Shown here piece by piece: positions 38,456 to 52,404 of a stretch of 64,000 nucleotides of DNA. A model generated the notes under the pieces. The model saw nothing but the letters and a program-made list of their open reading frames with translations. It was not told the DNA's origin and ran no database searches. The translations under genes were made by a program, and so were the position numbers. Numbering within the stretch: the first letter of the stretch is position 1; each line of letters starts with the position of its first letter. This DNA comes from the human T2T-CHM13v2.0 reference genome, Homo sapiens, in the NCBI RefSeq assembly GCF_009914755.1, contig NC_060929.1; one strand, given 5' to 3'.

Positions 38456-40539
38456 AGGATTTGTAACTTCTGAGTTGGGCAGATGGCACTTTCTGAATAA
38501 GCCTGAGGCTGTGCCCAGCGGGGATGCCTTCCTGGAGAGCGAACGTCATGCCTGGGGACACACCCTCCAAATGCAAGGGTGCCCCCAAAAAAGACACCCC
38601 AGGGGACGGTGCCAGGACAACAGCATCTGTTCCCAGGAGGGCAGGGGTTTCTCCGTATCCTGGTATTAGAGGGAAGCTCAACTTTGTGGTCTGTCTGGTT
38701 AAACATCTTCTTTAAGTCTCATTACATGGCAGAGTAACATGCTTTTCATTTCTCAGATGTGATTAAACTCACATTCATTCCTGATTGAGGTTTGGAATCT
38801 TTTATTTAGGAAAAGAAATCAACTTCAGAAGGGAGCAGTCTTGGGCTTTGACACTCCGTGAGGCCATTAAATTTAATCCTGCCTTCACACTCACTCCAGG
38901 GGTGATTTCAATTAAATTTGTTCAAAATTTATCAGTTTCCTGCATGTTGGCATAAATGATTCAGGACCACTTACATATTCACTGAGTAGAATATATTGAA
39001 GGGTACACATTATTGTTATAACTTTTCACAGTTTCCTCATAAATTCACCTAATAGGAGTTTCTATTATTTAAAGCCCTTGTCCTCCACGTTAAATGGTCT
39101 TGTTGTTCTTGGAGCAGCAGAATCTAATTACCTATGCAGATTTTTAGAGCATTCTGGAGTTACAAAAGCTGCCCTTTTCTCTAGCAGTTGCTCTTGATAC
39201 ACTGTCTTGCAGGACATAAAATATGGCTTTTATTCTTCTAAAAAATCGGCAGGAATTAAGTCTCCAGACACTGAGAATCCTCGGGGAAGAATGAGAGGGA
39301 GTGTGGTGAGTTTTAGGGGACAGGCTCAGATATCAGAAACTGAAGACATTTATTTGGGAGCAGCACCCTAGCGTGCTGTGATCAGTTGACTTTATAGAAC
39401 ACAGAGGAAATAGATCTAGTCTGTGAAGATCAACAATTCAGAGTGCATCATTCCCTTGAGATAACACGAGATATGCGGTGGGCCCTTAGGCTGCAGTAAA
39501 ACCGCACACTTATCAGTCTCAAATAATCCACTGGGCACTTTTATGTCCCCAAGAATTTATCTACAAAACCCCATCAGGCAAGGATGCATGAACATGAATT
39601 CTCTGTTTGTATATTGGCTACACAGGAATTATCTTTATTTTCTTTTTCCCTTGCAGAATTGCATTTGTGAGAGAACTTTATGCATCCTAGATGTTCTCTA
39701 CTTAGAGAGGGACAGCAAAGGAGAGGGTTGACATGAAAATAAAAGTATTGCTACCATAACAGACAAAAAGACCTGCTCATCCAAACTCCTATTTAGCCAG
39801 ATACTAGATTTCACAAGGAGGAAGTAAATTGACCCCGAGTTAATAATTAGAACTTTTAATAGGCATGAGATGATTTTTATGAGCTCTTTCTCTTTCAGGA
39901 CTTGATGCCTTATGAAGTCTTCAAATTGAAAAATGTACATGAAGGTGTCCATCTTTGCCTAGATGGAAATAAAAAGGAGAGAGTGGCTGATGAAAAACCA
40001 TGAATGGGCCGTTTAAGTCTTATTCTTTATTTCACAGGCATAGGTAGAATCATACTATCTCTATTTCACCTGAACTGTTGACTTCTGAAAAACAAGACTG
40101 GAAAAACATGTTTTCCTGAATTCTAGACCCAAGCCCTCAGCATCTTCACAGTGAGAGCCATCTCAACACCTCAAAACTGAAGCTGCTTACTGACTTGAAC
40201 GAATGATGTGCTTCTTCCTGTGAAACAAGGATTCTACAACTCACTCCATCTGACTGCCAATTTCTAAAGGAAAATACATCTCAATTTCAGTTCTACACTT
40301 TGCTCTCTGAGTCAGGGACCCCATGGGGGCTTCCCCAGATACGTAGTTGTAGGCATCTCTGAGGACGTTCTCCAGGAGACTTGGACCTTTTTAGTTTCTG
40401 AGATCATGTCATCCATGAAAGGTAAAAGTTGTGACTCTCTGCCCCAGCAGTGGAGGGTCCTAAACGTGGGATACCACAGCTTGGAAGCCATGATGTGGGG
40501 CGGGTTTCTCTCCAGTCACTTAACCCTCCCTTGTCATGA

Positions 40540-40700
40540 CTCCTCAGCGAGGCACCACTGACACCACTGAAATGGATTGAAATCCTTTGGTAGCTCGCAG
40601 GACTGCCCCATGCATCACAGAAGTTGTGAATTCCCAGTGTTTGCCAAGAAAACGCCAGTAATGATTCCCGTCATTGTGACAATGAAAAATTCAAATATCT
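40540..40700 (-). mobile_element. MER20-related hAT-Charlie fragment
   Basis: ggactgccccatgcatcacag..gccagtaa..gtcattgtgacaatgaaaaa. Confidence 0.5.
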
Positions 40701-43002
40701 AGTAGAAGAGAGAACCCCCACCACCATCAACAACAGCAGCTGTGGCAACAACAACAAAGAAGAAATAGTTTTAAAATCCAGACCAAAAAGGTCACCCCTA
40801 TTGCAAAAGTGCAAAACGAAGACAGTAAGACCCATGGCTGACTTCTCAACAATGGAAGCCAAAATATGACATACGGCATATTGAAAATGCTGAAACTAAA
40901 ACAACTCCCAAACTAGAATTCTGTGCCATGGGACATAACTTTTAAAAGCCAAGTTAGGAAACTAGACGTCAGTGAAAATAGCAAAGTAAGGACCTCTGAA
41001 AATTTTCTCACACATACGCTAAGCAGAACAGTGTGAAATTTGTCAGAATCAACTTTTTCAAAGCTCTGAAAATTAAAGCTTCAAAGCAATCCAAAGAGTG
41101 TTTATTTAAGAAAAAAAAACAATGAATCTCAGTAAGCAGGAGTTTTATGGCATTTTACTTTTTCCTATTCACATTTTCTCCTTCCCAGCTCTAGGTAGGT
41201 TTAAAAACCCATAGCCTACAATCACAGTGGAATCTTAAAAGCCACTGTGGAGGAAATAATTGGGCTGGAGACCCTTCAAAGCAAAGAACTGGCATTATTT
41301 GACCTGTCTGGTAGATCCTGGGAAGACTCACTCATGAGACTGTACTTACTTTTGACATCACATAAAGCTCACTCAGAAGAACAGCCTTTCCTACAGTGAT
41401 GTATGTCAAAAACAATTACAATCAATTGTTGAACATTGAGGTTGCTTGAGGCAGCAGATAACAGTGGGGGCAACAGTTAGGCTAACCAATAAGCTAATCA
41501 AACAACTAAAAAGGAACAGCTAGAAAATGCAGTATCAGTGCAGCTTCAGAAACTGCACAGTATTCCTGGGAACCTAGAAGGACATGTGAGTATGTAGGGC
41601 TGTGTTGATGCTTAAGAAAGAGCAAAGAAGGCATTAAGCTGTCACCTCTAGCTAATCTTGAGGCTGTGTACAAGCAGGATGTAAAGAAAAAGGCAGAGTG
41701 TTTCCTGGCTCACTATGTATTAAAGGTGTTCCCCAATCTGCACACAAAGTCCTTCAGCAAAGACTGGTAGACTTATTGGTTTCAGGCATCTAAGAAAATA
41801 CCTGTCTTCTCATTAGCTGACCATCAAACTGTGTAGAGACTTCAGTGGCCACACATAATGAAAAGAGACTTACATAATTAATTAGTAAATAAGCAAACTA
41901 AAACAAAACAACAAAGAACATCAACATAAAACCCTGCAAGTGAGGAGAATTTAATCACCAGAGTTGCCACATTACATATTAGAAATTTTCAATTTTTAGC
42001 AACAACAAATATGAGACATACAAATAAACAAGGAGGTGTGGGCCAAACAGAGAGGGGGAGTGAGGTCAAGTGCAGTAAATAGAAATTGTCCTTAAAGAAT
42101 TCAGATGTTAGAAATAACAGCCAAAGCATTTTAAAAAATTGTTTTAAATATGTCCAAAGATCTAAAGGGAGCCACGGCTAAATAACTAAATGGAAGTATG
42201 AAGATACTCACCAATAGAGAGTACATAAAAAAATACAAGATACAAAAAGGAAATTTTTTTGTAGAAGTTTTTGAGTTAAATACTACAATAAACGAAATGA
42301 AGATTTTACTGTAGTAGCTCAACATTGGATTTGAGCAGGAATCTGCAAATTTGAAGAAAGGTCATTTGGAATTGTCCAGTGAGAAACAGAGAACAGAAAA
42401 TGTGAAGATAAATGAACAGAGCCTCAGAGACCTGTGGTACACCGTCAAGCACACTAACATATGCATAATGGATTTTTAGAAGGATAGGAGATAAAGAAAG
42501 GAGAAAAAAAAGGTTATTTTAGAAAATAATGGTTAAAAACTTCCCAAATTTAATGAAAAACATTAATCTAAATGTCTAAAAATATTAAATGACTTCCATG
42601 TAGAATAAACTCAGAGAGCCAACCAAGACATATTATAATTAAATTGTTGAGAGTCAAAGACAGAGTTGCTGCTTTCAGTGGCAACAGAGAAGAAACTAAT
42701 CATGCATAAGGTATTATCAATAAGATTAACAGCTAATTTCTTTTTACAGACAATGGAGGCTAGAAGACAGTGGAATGACATAGTCAAAACATTATCAATC
42801 CAAGAATTCTATACCCTGAAGTACTGTCCTTTAAAAATGAAGAAGTTGCAGTATTCCCAAATAAATAAAAACTTTAAAAAGAACTGTTACTGTCAAATCT
42901 GATCTATAATAAATAACTAAAAGGAGATTTTTAAGATTAAGTGAAGAGATGTTAGAAAGTAAACGCAAATCCATGAGTAAAGAAATTGAAGATACATTCA
43001 GC

Positions 43003-43128
43003 ATATATATATATATATACATACACACTGTATATATATATATATATGCTGAATGTGTATATATATACATGTATATTCAGATATATATTTATATTATATT
43101 ACATATATATTATATATAATATATATAT
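43003..43128. repeat. (TA)n-rich tract containing two inverted repeats
   Basis: Seen directly; detailed under findings. Confidence 0.93.
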
Positions 43129-43445
43129 CTGAATGTCTATGTCCCTCCAAAATTCATATATTGAAAGGTATTAGGTCATGATATTGGAGCCCTCATAATT
43201 GAGGTTAGTGCCCTTATAAAGGAAAGCCCAGAGAGCTCCCTTTTTCTGTATCTGTCATGTGAATATACAGATAGAAGTTGTGTGTCTGCAACACAGAAGA
43301 GGGCCCTCACCAGAACCTGACCATGCTGGCACCCTGATCTCACGTTTTCAGCCTCCAAGACTATGAAAAACAAATTTCTGTCTGTGGTTTTATAAACCAC
43401 CCAGTCCATGGTATCTCATTATAGAAGCCTGAACTGTGTAAGACA
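43129..43445 (+). mobile_element. MaLR solo LTR (MSTD/MLT1A-like) with damaged 5' terminus and internal deletion
   Basis: ctgaatgtctatgtccctccaaaattcata..agtgcccttataaa..gccctcaccagaacctgaccatgctggcaccctgatctc..taagaca. Confidence 0.88.
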
Positions 43446-44046
43446 TTTTATAACTCCCTTTTTCTCTTATTTGGTTAAAAACCTATGTAATGCAAAAATT
43501 ACAAATATGTGTTGCTGGATTTACAATGTTTAAGGCCTTAATTTATTACATACAATTAATTATGTATAAATATGTAATTTATAACAACACAAAAGAGGAG
43601 GAAGAGAGGAATGGAGCTATATAGAAGCAAAGTTTTTATATACTATTGTGGTTAAATTAATATTAAAATAAACTAAATTGTTATAAATTAAGATGTCAAT
43701 TATAATCCTCAGGTGAACCACAAAAGAAAAGAACTCCAAAGATATTACAAGGATATTAAAATACCTACTTAACACAAGAGAAGGCAATAAGGGAGGAATA
43801 GAGGAATTAAAAGATACAAGAAATATAGAAAATAATAGCAAAGTGACAGGTGAAAATCCTGCCTTATTAGTAATTACATTAATAATAAATTGATTAACCC
43901 CTTTACTTAAAGGCAGAGACTGGAAGAATAAGTTAAAAAAACAGATTACTTTCCAATGCTTTTATATACTTGAGATTCAGTATATAGATGACAAAGTGAG
44001 AAACTTTAAAGGTGAAATTTAAAACTGTAAAATTATATTTGCGTAA

Positions 44047-44334
44047 TTTTTTTTTTGAGACGGAGTTTCACTGTTGTTGCACAGGGGTGCAGTGGTGCGA
44101 TCTTGGCTTATTGCAACCTCTGCCTCCCAGGTTCAAGCTACTCTCCTGCCTCAGCCTCCTGAGTAGCTGGGATTACAGGCGTTCAACACCATGCTCAGCT
44201 AATTTTCTATAGTTTTACTAAAGACAGGATTTCATCATGTTGATCAGGCTGCTCTCAACTCCTGACCTCAGGTCATCTGCCTGCCTCGGCTTCCCAAAGT
44301 GCTGGGATTGCAGACATGAGCCACCACGCTTGAC
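44047..44334 (-). mobile_element. AluS (Sp/Sq-like)
   Basis: Reverse Alu; TSD tatatttgcgtaattt / tatatttggataattt. Confidence 0.93.
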
Positions 44335-44756
44335 TATATTTGGATAATTTAGCACACTTCACAAAAATTAATAGAGCAGGCATAAACCAGTGCAGATGAA
44401 GAAGATTTGAATAAAATGATTACTAAGTATGTCCCAATTAACATACATAGAACACCACAGCTAATAACTACAGAATAAGCATTCTTTTGAGGGATGATAC
44501 AGCACTCAAAAAATTGGCCATCTTCTAGGCCCTAAAACAAGATTCAACAAATTTCACAGGCCTGAAATCATTCACAGTATAAATTTTGATGTCAGTGGAA
44601 GCAAGCCAAAACTCAAAATAAGAAAAATAAACTAGAAAATACCTATACATTTCTTTTTTTTTATCTTGCTAGAAATTTTATTACATTCTTTTGTCTGTAA
44701 GGATTAATAAATTTAGAAAATGTCCGCATATTTGCATTTGGGGGAATAGTAGTTGC

Positions 44757-45296
44757 TTTTTTTGTTTGTTTTTATTATACTTTAAGTTCTGGGGTACATG
44801 TGCACAACGTGCAGGTTTGTTACATATGTATACATGTGCCATGTTGGTGTGCTGCACCCATTAACTCGTCATTTACATTAAGTATTTCTCCTAATGCTGT
44901 CCCTCCCCATTCCGCCCATGACCGGCCATGGTGTGTGATGTTCCCCACCCTGTGTCCAAGTGTTCTCATTGTTCAATTTCCACCTATGAGTGAGAACATG
45001 CGGTGTTTGGTTTTTTGTCCTTGAGATAGTTTGCTGAGAATGATGGTTTCCAGCTTCATCCATGTCCTTACAAAGGACATTAACTCATCCTTTTTTATGG
45101 CTGCATGGTATTCCATGGGGTATATGTGCCACATTTTCTTAATCCAGTCTATCATTGATGGACATTTGGGTTGGTTCCAAGTCTTTGCTATTGTGAATAG
45201 TGTCGCAATAAACATACATGTGCATGTGTCTTTATAGTAGCATGAATGATAATCCTTTGGGTATATACCCAGTAATGGGATTGCTGGGTCAAATGG
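44757..45296 (-). mobile_element. 5'-truncated primate L1PA (about PA4-PA6) 3' end
   Basis: ttattatactttaagttct..gtacatgtgcacaacgtgcagg..cccagtaatgggattgctgggtcaaatgg closely matches the L1PA 3' UTR and ORF2 C-terminus (ORF 44973..45215 reads MFIATLFTIAKTWNQPKCPS). Confidence 0.96.
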
Positions 45297-46426
45297 TAGA
45301 AAATACCTATATATTTCAAACTAAAGGAATGCACCTCTACATAAATGATGTCAAGGAATTAATCATAACATCAATTTTAAAATATTTTAAAATAATCAAA
45401 ATAAAAACTCTTATATGAAAACTTCTGTAATGTACCTAACGTTTTGTCTCGAGAAAAGTTATTGCATTAAATGTATTTTTCATAATTCATGCATTGAGAA
45501 ATTTAAAAGATTAAGGCACAGTAAAAAAAATGGCCCATAATAAAAGTATGAGCTAAAAGTAGCAAAATGCAACCCAATAATATAATAAAAATAATTAGTT
45601 TGAATAAACTAATAAAATTAATAACTTGGCAAGACAGATCATAAGGGGGAGAGGATGCAGAGAGAGAGAGAGAGAGAAAGAGAAGGCCATGAAACCAATA
45701 TCTGTGAAAAATGTGATATCACTATAGACCCTACAGACATTGAAAGCTAATATGAGGGAATTGTGGACAAGGTATGGCAATGAATTTGAAAACTTAAATG
45801 AAATGGCTAAATGACTAGAAAAACACAACTTTCTGAAAGTGACACAAGAAGAAATAGAACACTGTAATATCCCTGAATGTATTATGAAATTAAATACATA
45901 AGTAAAAATTTTCCAATGAAGAAATCTCTAGGCCCTGATAGTTTTCTGAGTAAATCCATCAATATATGAAAAATGAGAAAATGTCACAATAAAGTTTAGT
46001 TTGTTTCAAGGAGAGCAGATTGAATTTCACATTTGAAAGTCATTCAGTACATAATACTGCTTCAACAAAGTAAAAAAGATAATTTTTAAACATCTTACAA
46101 GTAGTAAATATAGCATGTGAAAAGCTTAAATTCTCTTTGCTATAGATTCTACAAATTCCAGCAATTAAGATATAGAAGGAAACTTAAAAAAAAATTCTGA
46201 CAAAGAGCATTTTTAAAACAACCTATAGCTAACATCATATGTAAAGATGAAATATTGAAATCTTTCCTCTGACACGAGAAATGAGAATACAAATATATGC
46301 ACATGTGCACACTCAGCAAAATAAAATATAGAGAATCAAAAAGAAGAAATAAAATTGTTTTTGTAAATGACATAATCACATATATAAATAATCCAAAACT
46401 ATTTTTAAAATTATAAAGTAGATTGA

Positions 46427-46831
<405 letters not shown>

Positions 46832-47061
46832 TTATAGGTGTATGTGGATACTAAGAAAGTAGAAAAGCAAGCAATAGAATGGGATGTGATGTTTGTGATA
46901 CATTTTTTTGAACAAAGGGCTACTATCAAGGATATAAATGAAATTGTTAAAAATAATTAAAACATTGAACTTGTGATCAGCCCAGCAGGAAACAGATTCT
47001 GGCTGGTGGTGGGTCCTGGGCTGTCTCTCCCCCTCCCTTGAATGGAGCTCCTCTTAGCAGA

Positions 47062-47325
47062 GGGGGCAGGGACACCTACAGGAGAGAGACAGGGACACCT
47101 GTGGTGGGCACAGGGATACCTGTCTGGGGAGAGGGCAGGGACATCTAGTGAGGAGGCAGGGACATCTGTGTAGGGACAGGGATTCCTATGGTGAAGACAG
47201 GGACATTTGTAAAAAAGGGGGACAGAGAAACCTTCTGGGGAGACAGGGATACTTGCAGGTGGCATAGGGACTCCTGCAGGGGGGAGGCAGGGACACCTGT
47301 GGAGGAGTGACACCTGTGGAGTGGG
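47062..47325. repeat. Degenerate G-rich minisatellite, ~12 units of ~20-24 bp
   Basis: Core cagggacacctgtgg and its variants recur in tandem. Confidence 0.85.
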
Positions 47326-48044
47326 AAGGAGGACAGCAAGTTCCAGGCCTGGAAGACATTGCAGGTTGAGGTTGTTCAGGTGAGAGTGGGCATGACTAGC
47401 TTGGCAGGCTTGTTTGCTGTGGCAGGCATTGCTAGGTGAGCACGCTGGGATGCTGAGGCAGATATGACTAGTGGAGCACGTGGCTGCCCAGGCTGGGCAC
47501 CTCAGGGCACCCTGGCATCTCACCCCTGGGCCAACTTTGCAGGGCACAGGAAATATCGATGGAGTGAAAATATGGTGTCCCAGTGCTCTCAGCAAAATTA
47601 TTGCTGGTTCAAGTCAGATTGCCTGGCTGCGCTGGGATGACTGATGTAATGATTGGAAACATGAATTATGAGATGTTTTCCTGCATTTGGGCCTGGTACC
47701 CTAGTGAGAGTATGCAAACAACACGTGGGTGAATCTGGCCCTGAGCATTCAGAGTCAAGGGTGGGTCTGCAGCCCACATGGGACACCAGGTGTTGGCTCT
47801 GCCTGTGTCTCCGTGCAGAATCAGGAGATGTTCTTCTGTGGACACAGAGCGGAGGCTGTTTCTGCACCAATATTTGTTAAAGACAATATGTGTTTGAAGA
47901 AAATCTGTTCTAGAAACATAAGGTCATTGCACAGGACCAGGCTGAGCCTCCAGCAGGTTCCAAAGGGCCCGAGGGCAGCCAGAGGGCCCCTGTCATTCTG
48001 AGGACTTGAGGGAGCTCTTCTGGGACTCCTTGTGCCTCCAACAC

Positions 48045-48185
48045 ACCCTGACCCTGGAGACCCCAAGACCCTAGAGACTCTGAAAACCTAGAGATAATGA
48101 GACCCTAGAGACCCCTGAGATTCTGAGACCCAAAGACTCCAAGACCTGGGGCCCCTGGACCCCCAGAGACCCCTGAGACCCCAAG
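48045..48185. repeat. Degenerate 8-9-bp tandem repeat (gaccctaga/gacccctga)
   Basis: Seen directly. Confidence 0.75.
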
Positions 48186-49936
48186 CAGACAGGGCAGTAC
48201 TCCTTCACACTTGAGGCTTCTGCTCTCATGGATCCCTCCCTCCATAAAACAAATAAAATACAAATAAAAAATTGTATTTTTCAGCTGCATTGGTATAAAC
48301 ACAAATATATTAATATTACATATTAAAACATTTTATTTGACTTAGAAGTTCATTCTCTCCTTTGATTCTGAAAGACATGCAAGCATTTCCTTGTGCTCCT
48401 GAAAGCAGTCTCAACCAGGTGCTGTGCCTGCCGAGCTCAATGGGGAGTTGGTGCCACCTGCAAGTCTCTGGCGCCCTTTTGCCTTTTCCTTGCCACAATT
48501 CTTACCTGGGCAACGGCAGAGAGTTGTTTTTGCAGAGCCGCCTCCACCCGCCGCACCCAGAGGTGTCTCCAGATCAGCCCTGGCTCGGCAGTTGCACCTG
48601 CAGTGGCCAGTGTAGCCTTGGAACAAACAGTGCTGGGTTCCGATCAGCCAGCCAGGCCCAGCTGAGTGGCTGGAGGACTCCTGGTCATCTGGACCAGCTC
48701 CTCAGGAGCTGCATCATCTGATTCCACATCCTCCATAGCAATTGTTTCAGCTTTGATCTCAGCATTTACTATCCCATGAGGCATTTCTTACTTCATAAAT
48801 GACTTTATTAGAAAAGTCTTTCTTACAAGTGACCAGATTTGCCTTTTTATGGCAGCTGTTGGGCCTATTTCTTATTTCTGGAACGACTCAGAATGTGCCT
48901 ATTCCTTTTCCTTCTCTATCGAAACTATCCAAATGTGCAAACAGTCTAAAGACCTTGTGATATTTGTATTTAAGGTGAGTGGGGGATGGAGGACAGAAAA
49001 TTAAATGATTATGGCCACACATGTCATGTTTTCATGAACTTTAGTGCTTTCCAGGTGATGTTTCTGCTTTGTTCTCAGTGACTAGCAGACAGTACAGCAT
49101 TTTCTAAACTCATCTTTCGCGTTCCTTTCAGCCGGTGATGGTGGGTTCCAACGGAGCGTCCACAATATTTCCAGGCAACTTACTCTATGAACAATCAGGG
49201 GACATGGCAGCCATGCCATTACTTTCGAACTCGCCATTAAAGTTTCATAGGCGTGTCATGAATTATTGAAGAATTAATGTTGAGGTCCAGCTGCGTGTGC
49301 CCCAGTTCCTTGCAGAAGTGCCAATGCAGCTCCCTGGCAGCCCAGGCTGTGGAGCATGAAGTTGCTCAATTGCCTCTCACAGCTTCTGTCTCTGATGCAG
49401 AAAAAGAAAACAAACCTAAACTCCTTATGTTGAAAGTAAAGGCAGACATAGCGGTAAACGCTCTGGCTAGGTGATAAGTAGGAGGCCAGAGGAAAATTTC
49501 TACCAATCAGCTTCCACTTTCACAACTGTCAGGGGAAATGGCTCTTTCAAACCATTTAGTGGATTCTGTTCTGAAAACAAATGTTCTCATTAGCCCCAAG
49601 TCTTCTTCATGGAACACACAGGAGTTGGCTGACAACAGCATTCAAACGCCCATTGTAATTGCTGAGTCCCTTCTACACTCCAAAATAAAGGAAACATTTT
49701 GCATTTCTAAATATAAACTTTTCTTCTGAAATCCTCTAGAGTGCCTCATGCTTCTCATTAAATTGTGCTCAAAGCATTTTCCAACATTCTAAGCCATAAG
49801 ACACAAGGAGAAAGATTACATTTTTGTTTTAGTTCTGAAGATTGTTCCTCAATGAAATTTAATTCTATTTAAAATTTACTGATTATTAGATGAAGATAAA
49901 GTGTGAGGGCATTACATAGAAATCAAGAATGAGGTA

Positions 49937-50553
49937 GGACGTTATCTTTAGGATGGTGGATGTAGTCTCAGAATGCTAGGCGCACTCACCATGGACATTA
50001 TCTTTAGGATGGTAGACGAGGTCTCAGAATCCCAGGCGCACTCACCGTGGACTTTATCTTTAGGATGGCAGATGTGGTCTCAGAATCCCAGGCTCACTCA
50101 CCGTGGACTTTATCTTTAGGGTGGTAGACATGGTCTCAGAATCCTAGGTGCCCTCACTGCAGACTTTATCTTTAGGATGGTAGACGAGGTCTCAGAATGC
50201 CAGGCTCACTCACCGTGGACATTATCTTTAGGATGGTAGACGAGGTCTCAGAATGCCAGGCGCACTCACCGTGGACTTTACCTTTAGGATGGTAGACGAG
50301 GTCTCAGAATGCCAGACGCACTCACCGTGGACTTTATCTTTAGGATGGTAGACGAGGTCTCGGAATGCCAGGCTCACTCACCGTGGACTTTATCTTTAGG
50401 ATGGTAGACGAGGTCTCAGAATGCCAGGAGCACTCACCGTGGACTGTATCTTTAGGATGGTAGACGAGGTCTCAGAATGCCAGGCGCACTCACCGTGGAC
50501 TTTATCTTTAGGATGGTAGACGAGGTCTCAGAATGCCAGGTGCACTCACCCGT
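49937..50553. repeat. 56-bp minisatellite (VNTR-like), 11 copies
   Basis: Consensus ggactttatctttaggatggtagacgaggtctcagaatgccaggcgcactcaccgt; units start every 56 bp from 49937 to 50497. Confidence 0.98.
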
Positions 50554-50806
50554 GAATGGCCACCACATGTTCTTCTGTTGAATTTTGCTTCTGTGCCCTT
50601 AGGAATGGGGGGCATGAAGTCTTGCAGAGTTCGCAGGAAAGGTCGTCACGAAGAGGGTAGCAATTTACCATCTGCTGTCTTTATCTGTATGTTCCCTACC
50701 TTCTCCATCTAACACAAATCGGCAGATTCCAATGATAAGAAGGCAAGAAAAGTGTATGTCATTATTTCAGATAGTATGCAACTTGATTTTAAAAAAAGTG
50801 AATTGA

Positions 50807-51182
<376 letters not shown>

Positions 51183-52404
51183 TTAAAGATGAATTTATAT
51201 TAATATTTAATATCTTCACTCAAGTTGAAAAAATAGCAAAACTTCTTTATGAAGCTAATTCATTTTGTTTAATTAAAAACAAAAAGGTCAAAAATGTTAA
51301 GCTCATCATTGAATTGTTTGTATATATTTTCGAGATGACCACACCATAGTTGAGACCCACCTCCAGCCTGTCTCTCACCTGATAAAAATTCCCAGTCTAT
51401 CTAATCAATCGTAAACTGGTTATTGGCTGGTTTGCATATAGAAATGGCTAGTTAGTCAAGAAGATGATAGTAACAAAAACAGGAGGGATGATCACCTCTG
51501 TGGGTCCCACACCTGAGACAGGGCCAAGGAGACACTCGTCTGTGCAATCACCCACCTGCAAACTCACCCAAATAAGTTGAACGAAGAGACATGTCCACAA
51601 AGCCGGCTTATTCTGCTGGTTGTGCAGAACTAGGGGCACCAGCCTCTGGGAGAGGCAGACGCTTCAAACCACAGAATTTATCAGAAGCCAATGCCAAGAT
51701 AAGCATGCAATGTCTAGACCACAAGGAGAGCTGTGGGGCTTTGTGGGGCCGAGTGGGGCCGAGTGGCATGACCTGGTGTGGTGGAGGCCAGAGTCAAGAT
51801 CCAGGCCAGAAGGAAGAGGCTGCAGGGACCACGCTGCTGCTGGACACAGGGAGATCAGGCAGGAGGAGGTTTGAGGCCATCCCTGCAAAGACAGAGCCTT
51901 TCTCTTCATCAGGGTCCTGTTGAGTGAGGGCACTTTGTTCTCTCCCTAGGACCAGCTCACAGCCCTGGAAGGAGCAGCTGTCTGTGGTGTGGTGGTGGGT
52001 TCTGGAATGGCTGGGCAGGGCCCTTCAGACGAAGACGCACGTCTTCCTCCACCTCCATCTGCGTATCAATGGGTCACGGCATTGGGCAAAAGGAACATCT
52101 TGATAAACAAGGAGAGGCCAGAGGATGGCTGAGCACTCTGTTCGGAGAAAGAGCCCTCTTCTCAGAGCCCGGCTGACAGAGGGTGATGGTGAGGCCACCA
52201 TGCCGGCTGGGATCCTAATTGCCCGGAGACTATGGGTGGTGATATGATAAGGGGTCTGAGAGGTCAGCCCTTCACAAATGCCTGGACCCCTACAATTCAG
52301 TTTAAAGGTGAAATAACATTTCATGTTCCATGGATCTTCTCATTTGCCACATTCAGCTTCTCAGCCACACTTCCCAGAGCTGTCCTTCATGTTGACAGTG
52401 CTCA

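Noticed and set aside
46957-47595. 212-aa minus-strand ORF
   Set aside because: It runs through a degenerate minisatellite and has low-complexity Pro/Cys content with no domain.
49937-50553. 56-bp array considered as a CRISPR array
   Set aside because: The units are contiguous near-identical repeats with no unique spacers.
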